This document shows positions 1 to 14,200 of a DNA stretch of 64,000 nucleotides, one piece after another. A program made the position numbers and the translations under genes. The notes under the pieces were generated by a model, which ran no database searches, had not been told where the DNA came from, and worked only from the letters and a program-made list of their open reading frames with translations. Where the stretch lies: assembly GCF_009914755.1 (NCBI RefSeq), contig NC_060925.1, one strand, 5' to 3'. This DNA is from the human T2T-CHM13v2.0 reference genome, Homo sapiens. How positions within the stretch are numbered: position 1 is the first letter of the stretch; the number at the start of each line of letters is the position of its first letter.

Positions 1-1912
1 TCATCATCGGATGGAAATGAATGGAATCATCATCGAATGGAATCGAATAGAATTATGGAATGAAATCCAGTGTGATCATCATCGAATGGACCCGAATGGA
101 ATCATCATCCAACGGAAGCTAATGGAATCAACATCGAATGAATCAAATGGAAACACCATCGAATTGAAACGAATGGAATTACCATGAAATTGAAATGGAT
201 GGACTCATCCTCAAATGGATTCGAGTGGAATCATCGAATAAAATTGATTGAAATCATCATCGAATGGAATCGAATGGTATCATTGAATGGAATCGAATGG
301 AATCATCATCAGATGGAAATGAAAGGAATCGTCATAGAATGGAATCGAATGGATTCATTGAATGGAATCAGATGGAATCATTGAATGGACTGGAATGGAA
401 TCATTGAATGGACTCGAAAGGGATCATTATTGAATGGAATTGAATGGAATCATCGAATGGTCTCGATTGGAATCATTATCAAATGGAATCGAATGGAATC
501 ACCGAATAGAATCGAATGGAACAATCATCGAATGGACTCAAATGGAATTATCCTCAAATGGAATTGAATGGAATTATCGAATGCAATCGAATGGAATTAT
601 CGAATGCAATCGAATAGAATCATCGAATGGACTCGAATGGAATCATCGAATGGAATGGAATGGAACAGTCAATGAACTCGAATGGAATCATCATTGAATG
701 GAATCGAATGGAATCATCGAGTGGAATCGAATGTAATCATCATCAAATGGAATCAAAAATAACCATCATCAAATGGAATCAAAAATAACAATCATCAATT
801 GGTATTGAATGGAATTCTCATCAAATGGAATTCAAAGGAATCATCATCAAATGGAACCGAATGGAATCCTCATTGAATGGAAATGAAAGGGGTCATCATC
901 TAATGGAATCGCATGGAATCATCATAAAATGGAATCGAATGGAATCAACATCAAATGGAATCAAATGGAATATTTGAACGGAATTGAATGGAATCGTCAT
1001 CGAATGAATTGAATGCAATCATCGAATGGTCTCGAATGGAATCATCTTCAAATGGAATGCAATGGAATCATCGCATAGAATCGAAAGGAATTATCATCGA
1101 ATGGAATCGAATGGAATCAACACCAAACGGAAAAAAACGGAATTATCGAATGGAATCGAAGAGAATCATCGAATGGACCCGAATGGAATCATCTAATGGA
1201 ATGGAATGGAATAATCCATGGACTCGAATGCAATCATCATCGAATGGAATCGAATGGAATCATCCAATGGACTCGAATGGAATAATCATTGAACGGAATC
1301 GAATGGAATCATCATCGGATGGAAATGAATGGAATCATCATCGAATGGAATCGAATAGAATTATGGAATGAAATCCAGTGTGATCATCATCGAATGGACC
1401 CGAATGGAATCATCATCCAACGGATGCTAATGGAATCAACATCGAATGAATCAAATGGAAACACCATCGAATTGAAACGAATGGAATTACCATGAAATTG
1501 AAATGGATGGACTCATCATCGAATGGATTCGAAAGGAATCATCGAATAAAATTGATTGAAATCATCATCGAATGGAATCGAATGGTATCATTGAATGGAA
1601 TCGAATGGAATCATCATCAGATGGAAATGAATGGAATCGTCATAGAATGGAATCGAATGGATTCATTGAATGGAATCAGATGGAATCATCGAATGGACTG
1701 GAATGGAATCATTGAATGGACTCGAAAGAGATCATGATTGAATGGAATTGAATAGAATCATCGAATGGTCTCGATTGGAATCATTATCAAATGGAATCGA
1801 ATGGAATCACCGAATAGAATCGAATGGAACAATCATCGAATGGACTCAAATGGAATTATCCTCAAATGGAATCGAATGGAATTATCGAATGCAATCGAAT
1901 AGAATCATCGAA

Positions 1913-4900
1913 TGGACTCGAATGGAATCATCGAATGGAATGGAATGGAACAGTCAATGAACTCGAATGGAATCATCATTGAATGGAATCGAATGGAATC
2001 ATCGAGTGGAATCGAATGGAATTATGATCAAATGGAATCGAATGTAATCATCATCAAATGGAATCAAAAATAACCATCATCAATTGGTATTGAATGGAAT
2101 TGTCATCAAATGGAATTCAAAGGAAACATCATCAAATGGAACCGAATGGAATCCTCATTGAATGGAAATGAAAGGGGTCATCATCTAATGGAATCGCATG
2201 GAATCATCATCAAATGGAATCGAATGGAATCATCATCAAATGGAATCTAATGGAATCATTCAACAGAATTGAATGGAATCGTCATCGAATGAATTGAATG
2301 CAATCATCGAATGGTCTCGAATGGAACCATCTTCTAATGGAAAGGAATGGAATCATCGCATAGAATCGAATGGAATTGTCATCGAATGGAATCGAATGGT
2401 ATCAACACCAAACGGAAAAAAACGGAATTATCGAATGGAATCGAAGAGAATCTTCGAACGGACCCGAATGGAATCATCTAATGGAATGGAATGGAATAAT
2501 CCATGGACTCGAATGCAATCATCATCGAATGGAATCGAATGGAATCATCGAATGGACTCGAATGGAATAATCATTGAACGGAATCGAATGGAATCATCAT
2601 CGGATGGAAACGAATGGAATCATCATCGGATGGGAATGAAAGGAGTCATCATCTAATGGAATTGCATGGAATCATCGTAAAATGGAATCGAATGGAATCA
2701 ACATCAAATGGAATCAAATGGAATCATTGAACGGAATTGAATGGAATCGTCATCGAATGAATTGAATGCAATCATCGAATGGTCTCGAATGGAATCATCT
2801 TCAAATGGAATGGAATGGAATCATTGCATAGAATCGAATGGAATTATCATCGAATGGAATCGAATGGTATCAACATCAAACGGGAAAAAACGGAATTATC
2901 GAATGGAATCGAAGAGAATCTTCGAACGTACCCGAATGGAATCATCTAATGGAGTGGAATGGAATAATCCATGGACTCGAATGCAATCATCATCGAATGG
3001 AATCGAATGGAATCATCGAATGGACTCGAATGGAATAATCATTGAACGGAATCGAATGGAATCATCATCGGATGGAAATGAATGGAAGGATCATCGAATG
3101 GAATCGAATAGAATTATGGAATGAAATCCAGTGTGATCATCATCGAATGGACCCGAATGGAATCATCATCCAACGGAAGCTAATGGAATCAACATCGAAT
3201 GAATCGAATGGAAACACCATCGAATTGAAACGAATGGAATTATCATGAAATTGGAATGGATGGACCCATCATCGAATGGATTCGAATGGAATCATCGAAT
3301 AAAATTGATTGAAATCATCATCAAATGGAATCGAATGGTGTCATTGAATGGGATCGAATGGAATCATCGTCAGATGGAAATGAATGGAATCGTCATAGAA
3401 TGGAATCGAATGGATTCATTGAATGGAATCAGATGGAATCATCGAATGGACTGGAATGGAATCATTGAATGGCCTCGAATGGAATCATTATTGAATGGAA
3501 TTGAATGGAATCATCGAATGGTCTCGATTGGAATCATTATCAAATGGAATCGAATGGAATCACCGAATAGAATCGAATGGAAAAATCATCGAATTGACTC
3601 AAATGGAATTATCCTCAAATGGAATCGAATGGAATTATCGAATGCAATCGAATGGAATTATCGAATGCAATCGAATAGAATCATCGAATGGACTCGAATG
3701 GAATCATCGAATGGAATGGAATGGAACAGTCAATGAACTCGAACGGAATCATCATTGAATGGAATCGAATGGAATCATCGAGTGGAATCGAATGGAATTA
3801 TGATCAAATGGAATCGAATGTAATCCTCATCAAATGGAATCAAAAATAACGATCATCAATTGGTATTGAATGGAATTGTCATCAAATGGAATTGAAAGGA
3901 ATCATCATCAAATGGAACCGAATGGAATCCTCATTGATTGGAAATGAAAGTGGTCATCATCTAATGGAATTGCATGGAATCATCATCAAATGGAATCGAA
4001 TGGAATCATCATGAAATGGAATCTAAGGGAATCATTCAACAGAATTGAATGGAATCGTCATCGAATGAATTGAATGCAATCATCGAATGATCTCGAATGG
4101 AATCATCTTCAAATGGAAAGGAATGGAATCATCGCATAGAATCGAATGGAATTATCATCGAATGGAATCCAATGGTATCAACATCAAACGGAAAAAAACG
4201 GAATTATGGAATGGAATCGAAGAGAATCTTCGAACGGACCCGAATGGAATCATCTAATGGAATGGAATGGAATAATCCATGGACTCGAATGCAATCATCA
4301 TCAAATGGAATCGAACGGAATCATCGAATGGACTCGAATGGAATAATCATTGAACGGAATCGAATGGAATCATCATCGGATGGAAACGAATGGAATCATC
4401 ATCGAATGGAAATGAAAGGAGTCATCATCTAATGGAATTGCATGGAATCATCATAAAATGGTATCGAATGGAATCAACATCAAATGGAATCAAATGGAAT
4501 CATTGAATGGAATTGAATGGAATCGTCATCGAATGAATTGAATGCAATCATCGAATGGTCTCGAATGGAATCATCTTCTAATGGAAAGGAATGGAATCAT
4601 CGCATAGAATCGAATGGAATTATCATCGAATGGAATCGAATGGTATCAACACCAAACGGAAAAAAACGGAATTATCGAATGGAATCGAAGAGAATCTTCG
4701 AACGGACCCGAATGGAATCATCTAATGGAATGGAATGGAATAATCCATGGACTCGAATGCAATAATCATCGAATGGAATGGAATGGAATCATCGAATGGA
4801 CTCGAATGGAATAATCATTGAACGGAATCGAATGGAATCATCATCGGATGGAAACGAATGGAATCATCATCGAATGGAAATGAAAGGAGTCATCATCTAA

Positions 4901-5909
4901 TGGAATTGCATGGAATCATCATAAAATGGAATCGAATGGAATCAACATCAAATGGAATCAAATGGAATCATTGAACGAAATTGAATGGAATCGTCATCGA
5001 ATGAATTGACTGCAATCATCGAATGGTCTCGAATGGAATCATCTTCAAATGGAATGGAATGGAATCATCGCATAGAATCGAATGGAATTATCATCGAATG
5101 GAATCGAATGGAATCAACATCAAACGGAAAAAAACGGAATTATCGAATGGAATCGAAGAGAATCATCGAATGGACCCGAATGGAATCATCTAATGGAATG
5201 GAATGGAATAATCCATGGACTCGAATGCAATCATCATCGAATGGAATCGAATGGAATCATCGAATGGACTCGAATGGAATAATCATTGAACGGAATCGAA
5301 TGGAATCATCATCGGATGGAAATGAATGGAATCATCATCGAATGGAATCGAATAGAATTATGGAATGAAATCCAGTGTGATCATCATCGAATGGACCCGA
5401 ATGGAATCATCATCCAACGGAAGCTAATGGAATCAACATCGAATGAATCGAATGGAAACACCATCGAATTGAAACGAATGGAATTATCATGAAATTGAAA
5501 TGGATGGACTCATCATCGAATGGATTCGAATCGAATCATCGAATAAAATTGATTGAAATCATCATCAAATGGAATCGAATGGTATCATTGAATGGAATCG
5601 AATGGAATCATCATCAGATGGAAATGAATGGAATCGTCATAGAATGGAATCGAATGGATTCATTGAATGGAATCAGATGGAATCATCGAATGGACTGGAA
5701 TGGAATCATTGAATGGACTTGAAAGGGATCATTATTGAATGGAATTGAATGGAATCATCGAATGGTCTCGATTGGAATCATTACCAAATGGAATCGAATG
5801 GAATCACCGAATAGAATCGAATGGAACAATCATCGAATGGACTCAAATGGAATTATCCTCAAATGGAATCGAATGGAATTATCGAATGCAATCGAATAGA
5901 ATCATCGAA
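1913..5909 (+). repeat. 3,997-bp tandem duplication, copy 1 (equivalent to one 1753-bp plus one 2244-bp unit); ends approximate to ~100 bp
   Basis: ORF pattern and rare variants recur at +3997 (2273/6270, 3245/7242, 4985/8982, 5489/9486). Examples are GGAAGGATCATC, CTAAGGGAATC, GCAATAATC and GATTCGAATCGAATC. Confidence 0.93.
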
Positions 5910-8900
5910 AGGACTCGAATGGAATCATCGAATGGAATGGAATGGAACAGTCAATGAACTCGAATGGAATCATCATTGAATGGAATCGAATGGAATCATC
6001 GAGTGGAATCGAATGGAATTATGATCAAATGGAATCGAATGTAATCATCATCAAATGGAATCAAAAATAACCATCATCAATTGGTATTGAATGGAATTGT
6101 CATCAAATGGAATTCAAAGGAAACATCATCAAATGGAACCGAATGGAATCCTCATTGAATGGAAATGAAAGGGGTCATCATCTAATGGAATCGCATGGAA
6201 TCATCATCAAATGGAATCGAATGGAATCATCATCAAATGGAATCTAATGGAATCATTCAACAGAATTGAATGGAATCGTCATCGAATGAATTGAATGCAA
6301 TCATCGAATGGTCTCGAATGGAACCATCTTCTAATGGAAAGGAATGGAATCATCGCATAGAATCGAATGGAATTGTCATCGAATGGAATCGAATGGTATC
6401 AACACCAAACGGAAAAAAACGGAATTATCGAATGGAATCGAAGAGAATCTTCGAACGGACCCGAATGGAATCATCTAATGGAATGGAATGGAATAATCCA
6501 TGGACTCGAATGCAATCATCATCGAATGGAATCGAATGGAATCATCGAATGGACTCGAATGGAATAATCATTGAACGGAATCGAATGGAATCATCATCGG
6601 ATGGAAACGAATGGAATCATCATCGGATGGGAATGAAAGGAGTCATCATCTAATGGAATTGCATGGAATCATCGTAAAATGGAATCGAATGGAATCAACA
6701 TCAAATGGAATCAAATGGAATCATTGAACGGAATTGAATGGAATCGTCATCGAATGAATTGAATGCAATCATCGAATGGTCTCGAATGGAATCATCTTCA
6801 AATGGAATGGAATGGAATCATTGCATAGAATCGAATGGAATTATCATCGAATGGAATCGAATGGTATCAACATCAAACGGGAAAAAACGGAATTATCGAA
6901 TGGAATCGAAGAGAATCTTCGAACGTACCCGAATGGAATCATCTAATGGAGTGGAATGGAATAATCCATGGACTCGAATGCAATCATCATCGAATGGAAT
7001 CGAATGGAATCATCGAATGGACTCGAATGGAATAATCATTGAACGGAATCGAATGGAATCATCATCGGATGGAAATGAATGGAAGGATCATCGAATGGAA
7101 TCGAATAGAATTATGGAATGAAATCCAGTGTGATCATCATCGAATGGACCCGAATGGAATCATCATCCAACGGAAGCTAATGGAATCAACATCGAATGAA
7201 TCGAATGGAAACACCATCGAATTGAAACGAATGGAATTATCATGAAATTGGAATGGATGGACCCATCATCGAATGGATTCGAATGGAATCATCGAATAAA
7301 ATTGATTGAAATCATCATCAAATGGAATCGAATGGTGTCATTGAATGGGATCGAATGGAATCATCGTCAGATGGAAATGAATGGAATCGTCATAGAATGG
7401 AATCGAATGGATTCATTGAATGGAATCAGATGGAATCATCGAATGGACTGGAATGGAATCATTGAATGGCCTCGAATGGAATCATTATTGAATGGAATTG
7501 AATGGAATCATCGAATGGTCTCGATTGGAATCATTATCAAATGGAATCGAATGGAATCACCGAATAGAATCGAATGGAAAAATCATCGAATTGACTCAAA
7601 TGGAATTATCCTCAAATGGAATCGAATGGAATTATCGAATGCAATCGAATGGAATTATCGAATGCAATCGAATAGAATCATCGAATGGACTCGAATGGAA
7701 TCATCGAATGGAATGGAATGGAACAGTCAATGAACTCGAACGGAATCATCATTGAATGGAATCGAATGGAATCATCGAGTGGAATCGAATGGAATTATGA
7801 TCAAATGGAATCGAATGTAATCCTCATCAAATGGAATCAAAAATAACGATCATCAATTGGTATTGAATGGAATTGTCATCAAATGGAATTGAAAGGAATC
7901 ATCATCAAATGGAACCGAATGGAATCCTCATTGATTGGAAATGAAAGTGGTCATCATCTAATGGAATTGCATGGAATCATCATCAAATGGAATCGAATGG
8001 AATCATCATGAAATGGAATCTAAGGGAATCATTCAACAGAATTGAATGGAATCGTCATCGAATGAATTGAATGCAATCATCGAATGATCTCGAATGGAAT
8101 CATCTTCAAATGGAAAGGAATGGAATCATCGCATAGAATCGAATGGAATTATCATCGAATGGAATCCAATGGTATCAACATCAAACGGAAAAAAACGGAA
8201 TTATGGAATGGAATCGAAGAGAATCTTCGAACGGACCCGAATGGAATCATCTAATGGAATGGAATGGAATAATCCATGGACTCGAATGCAATCATCATCA
8301 AATGGAATCGAACGGAATCATCGAATGGACTCGAATGGAATAATCATTGAACGGAATCGAATGGAATCATCATCGGATGGAAACGAATGGAATCATCATC
8401 GAATGGAAATGAAAGGAGTCATCATCTAATGGAATTGCATGGAATCATCATAAAATGGTATCGAATGGAATCAACATCAAATGGAATCAAATGGAATCAT
8501 TGAATGGAATTGAATGGAATCGTCATCGAATGAATTGAATGCAATCATCGAATGGTCTCGAATGGAATCATCTTCTAATGGAAAGGAATGGAATCATCGC
8601 ATAGAATCGAATGGAATTATCATCGAATGGAATCGAATGGTATCAACACCAAACGGAAAAAAACGGAATTATCGAATGGAATCGAAGAGAATCTTCGAAC
8701 GGACCCGAATGGAATCATCTAATGGAATGGAATGGAATAATCCATGGACTCGAATGCAATAATCATCGAATGGAATGGAATGGAATCATCGAATGGACTC
8801 GAATGGAATAATCATTGAACGGAATCGAATGGAATCATCATCGGATGGAAACGAATGGAATCATCATCGAATGGAAATGAAAGGAGTCATCATCTAATGG

Positions 8901-9906
8901 AATTGCATGGAATCATCATAAAATGGAATCGAATGGAATCAACATCAAATGGAATCAAATGGAATCATTGAACGAAATTGAATGGAATCGTCATCGAATG
9001 AATTGACTGCAATCATCGAATGGTCTCGAATGGAATCATCTTCAAATGGAATGGAATGGAATCATCGCATAGAATCGAATGGAATTATCATCGAATGGAA
9101 TCGAATGGAATCAACATCAAACGGAAAAAAACGGAATTATCGAATGGAATCGAAGAGAATCATCGAATGGACCCGAATGGAATCATCTAATGGAATGGAA
9201 TGGAATAATCCATGGACTCGAATGCAATCATCATCGAATGGAATCGAATGGAATCATCGAATGGACTCGAATGGAATAATCATTGAACGGAATCGAATGG
9301 AATCATCATCGGATGGAAATGAATGGAATCATCATCGAATGGAATCGAATAGAATTATGGAATGAAATCCAGTGTGATCATCATCGAATGGACCCGAATG
9401 GAATCATCATCCAACGGAAGCTAATGGAATCAACATCGAATGAATCGAATGGAAACACCATCGAATTGAAACGAATGGAATTATCATGAAATTGAAATGG
9501 ATGGACTCATCATCGAATGGATTCGAATCGAATCATCGAATAAAATTGATTGAAATCATCATCAAATGGAATCGAATGGTATCATTGAATGGAATCGAAT
9601 GGAATCATCATCAGATGGAAATGAATTTAATCGTCATAGAATGGAATCGAATGGATTCATTGAATGGAATCAGATGGAATCATCGAATGGACTGGAATGG
9701 AATCATTGAATGGACTTGAAAGGGATCATTATTGAATGGAATTGAATGGAATCATCGAATGGTCTCGATTGGAATCATTACCAAATGGAATCGAATGGAA
9801 TCACCGAATAGAATCGAATGGAACAATCATCGAATGGACTCAAATGGAATTATCCTCAAATGGAATCGAATGGAATTATCGAATGCAATCGAATAGAATC
9901 ATCGAA
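5910..9906 (+). repeat. 3,997-bp tandem duplication, copy 2
   Basis: Near-identical to copy 1. The only difference I noticed is GG>TT at 9627-9628. The match is lost by position 10007. Confidence 0.93.
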
Positions 9907-11238
9907 AGGACTCGAATGGAATCATCGAATGGAATGGAATGGAACAGTCAATGAACTCGAATGGAATCATCATTGAATGGAATCGAATGGAATCATCGAG
10001 TGGAATTGAATGGAATTATGATCAAATGGAATCGAATGTAATCATCATCAAATGGAATCAAAAATAACCATCATCAATTGGTATTGAATGGAATTGTCAT
10101 CAAATGGAATTCAAAGGAATCAATATCAAATGGAACCGAATGGAATCCTCATTGAATGGAAATGAAAGGGGTCATCATCTAATGGAATCGCATGGAATCA
10201 TCATCAAATGGAATCGAATGGAATCATCATCAAATGGAATCTAATGGAATCATTGAACAGAATTGAATGGAATCGTCATCGAATGAATTGAATGCAATCA
10301 TCGAATGGTCTCGAATGGAATCATCTTCTAATGGAAAGGAATGGAATCATCGCATAGAATCGAATGGAATTATCATCGAATGGAATCGAATGGTATCAAC
10401 ACCAAACGGAAAAAAACGGAATTATCGAATTGAATCGAAGAGAATCTTCGAACGGACCCGAATGGAATCATCTAATTGAATGGAATGGAATAATCCATGG
10501 ACTCGAATGCAATCATCATCGAATGGAATCGAATGGAATCATCGAATGGACTCGAATGGAATAATCATTGAACGGAATCGAATGGAATCATCATCGGATG
10601 GAAACGAATGGAATCATCATCGAATGGAAATGAAAGGAGTCATCATCTAATGGAATTTCATGGAATCATCATAAAATGGAATCGAATGGAATCAACATCA
10701 AATGGAATCAAATGGAATCATTGAACGGAATTGAATGGAATCGTCATCGAATGAATTGACTGCAATCATCGAATGGTCTCGAATGGAATCATCTTCAAAT
10801 GGAATGGAATGGAATCATCGCATAGAATCGAATGGAATTATCATCGAATGGAATCGAATGGAATCAACATCAAACGGAAAAAAACAGAATTATCGTATGG
10901 AATCGAAGAGAATCATCGAATGGACCCGAATGGAATCATCTAATGGAATGGAATGGAATAATCCATGGACTCGAATGCAATCATCATCGAATGGAATCGA
11001 ATGGAATCATCGAATGGACTCGAATGGAATAATCATTGAACGGAATCGAATGGAATCATCATCGGATGGAAATGAATGGAATCATCATCGAATGGAATCG
11101 AATAGAATTATGGAATGAAATCCAGTGTGATCATCATCGAATGGACCCGAATGGAATCATCATCCAACGGAAGCTAATGGAATCAACATCGAATGAATCG
11201 AATGGAAACACCATCGAATTGAAACGAATGGAATTATC

Positions 11239-14200
11239 ATGAAATTGAAATGGATGGACTCATCATCGAATGGATTCGAATGGAATCATCGAATAAAATT
11301 GATTGAAATCATCATCCAATGGAATCGAATGGTATCATTGAATGGAATCGAATGGAATCTTCATCAGATGGAAATGAATGGAATCGTCATAGAATGGAAT
11401 CGAATGGATTCATTGAATGGAATCAGATGGAATCATCGAATGGACTGGAATGGAATCATTGAATGGACTCGAAAGGGATCATGATTGAATGGAATTGAAT
11501 GGAATCATCGAATGGTCTCGATTGGAATCATTATCAAATGGAATCGAATGGAATCACCGAATAGAATCGAATGGAACAATCATCGAATGGACTCAAATGG
11601 AATTATCCTCCAATGGAATCGAATGGAATTATCGAATGCAATCGAATGGAATTATCGAATGCAATCGAATAGAATCATCGAATGGACTCGAATGGAATCA
11701 TCGAATGGAATGGAATGGAACAGTCAATGAACTCGAATGGAATCATCATTGAATGGAATCGAATGGAATCATCGAGTGGAATCAAATGGAATTATGATCA
11801 AATGGAATCGAATGTAATCATCATCAAATGGAATCAAAAATAACCATCATCAATTGGTATTGAATGGAATTGTCATCAAATGGAATTCAAAGGAATCATC
11901 ATCAAATGGAACCGAATGGAATCCTCATTGAATGGAAATGAAAGGGGTCATCATCTAATGGAATCGCATGGAATCATCATCAAATGGAATCGAATGGAAT
12001 CATCATCAAATGGAATCTAATGGAATCATTGAACAGAATTGAATGGAATCGTCATCGAATGAATTGAATGCAATCATCGAATGGTCTCGAATGGAATCAT
12101 CTTCTAATGGAAAGGAATGGAATCATCGCATAGAATCGAATGGAATTATCATCGAATGGAATCGAATGGTATCAACACCAAACGGAAAAAAACGGAATTA
12201 TCGAATGGAATCGAAGAGAATCTTCGAACGGACCCGAATGGAATCATCTAATGGAATGGAATGGAATAATCCATGGACTCGAATGCAATCATCATCGAAT
12301 GGAATGGAATGGAATCATCGAATGGACTCGAATGGAATAATCATTGAACGGAATCGAATGGAATCATCATCGGATGGAAACGAATGGAATCATCATCGAA
12401 TGGAAATGAAAGGAGTCATCATCTAATGGAATTGCATGGAATCATCATAAAATGGAATCGAATGGAATCAACATCAAATGGAATCAAATGGAATCATTGA
12501 ACGGAATTGAATGGAATCGTCATCGAATGAATTGACTGCAATCATCCAATGGTCGCGAATGGAATCATCTTCAAATGGAATGGAATGGAATCATCGCATA
12601 GAATCGAATGGAATTATCATCGAATGGAATCGAATGGAATCAACATCCAACGGAAAAAAACGGAATTATCGAATGGAATCGAAGAGAATCATCGAATGGA
12701 CCCGAATGGAATCATCTAATGGAATGGAATGGAATAATCCATGGACTCGAATGCAATCATCATCGAATGGAATCGAATGGAATCATCGAATGGACTCGAA
12801 TGGAATAATCATTGAACGGCATCGAATGGAATCATCATCGGATGGAAATGAATGGAATCATCATCGAATGGAATCGAATAGAATTATGGAATGAAATCCA
12901 GTGTGATCATCATCGAATGGACCCGAATGGAATCATCATTCAACGGAAGCTAATGGAATCAACATCGAATGAATCAAATGGAAACACCATCGAATTGAAA
13001 CGAATGGAATTATCATGAAATTGAAATGGATGGACTCATCATCGAATGGATTCGAATGGAATCATCGAATAAAATTGATTGAAATCATCATCGAATGGAA
13101 TCCAATGGTATCATTGAATGGAATCGAATGGAATCATCATCAGATGGAAATGAATGGAATCGTCATAGAATGGAATCGAATGGATTCATTGAATGGAATC
13201 AGATGGAATCATCGAATGGACTGGAATGGAATCATTGAATGGACTCGAAAGGGATCATGATTGAATGGAATTGAATGGAATCATCGAATGGTCTCGATTG
13301 GAATCATTATCAAATGGAATCGAATGGAATCACCGAATAGAATCGAATGGAACAATCATCGAATGGACTCAAATGGAATTATCCTCAAATGGAATCGAAT
13401 GGAATTATCGAATGCAATCGAATGGAATTATCGATTGCAATCGAATAGAATCATCGAATGGACTCGAATGGAATCATCGAATGGAATGGAATGGAACAGT
13501 CAATGAACTCGAATGGAATCATCATTGAATGGAATCGAATGGAATCATCGAGTGGAATCGAATGGAATTATGATCAAATGGAATCGAATGTAATCATCAT
13601 CAAATGGAATCAAAAATAACCATCATCAATTGGTATTGAATGGAATTGTCATCAAATGGAATTCAAAGGAATCATCATCAAATGGAACCGAATGGAATCC
13701 TCATTGAATGGAAATGAAAGGGGTCATCATCTAATGGAATCGCATGGAATCATCATCAAATGGAATCGAATGGAATCATCATCAAATGGAATCTAATGGA
13801 ATCATTGAACAGAATTGAATGGAATCGTCATCGAATGAATTGAATGCAATCATCGAATGGTCTCGAATGGAATCATCTTCTAATGGAAAGGAATGGAATC
13901 ATCGCATAGAATCGAATGGAATTATCATCGAATGGAATCGAATGGTATCAACACCAAACGGAAAAAAACGGAATTATCGAATGGAATCGAAGAGAATCTT
14001 CGAACGGACCCGAATGGAATCATCTAATGGAATGGAATGGAATAATCCATGGACTCGAATGCAATCAAAATCGAATGGAATCGAATGGAATCATCGAATG
14101 GACTCGAATGGAATAATCATTGAACGGAATCGAATGGAATCATCATCGGATGGAAACGAATGGAATCATCATCGAATGGAAATGAAAGGAGTCATCATCT

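Noticed and set aside
644-670. (TGGAA)n hairpin or i-motif forming tracts
   Set aside because: Such structures are described for longer pure satellite III-type pentamer runs. Runs here are short, and nothing can be supported from the sequence alone.
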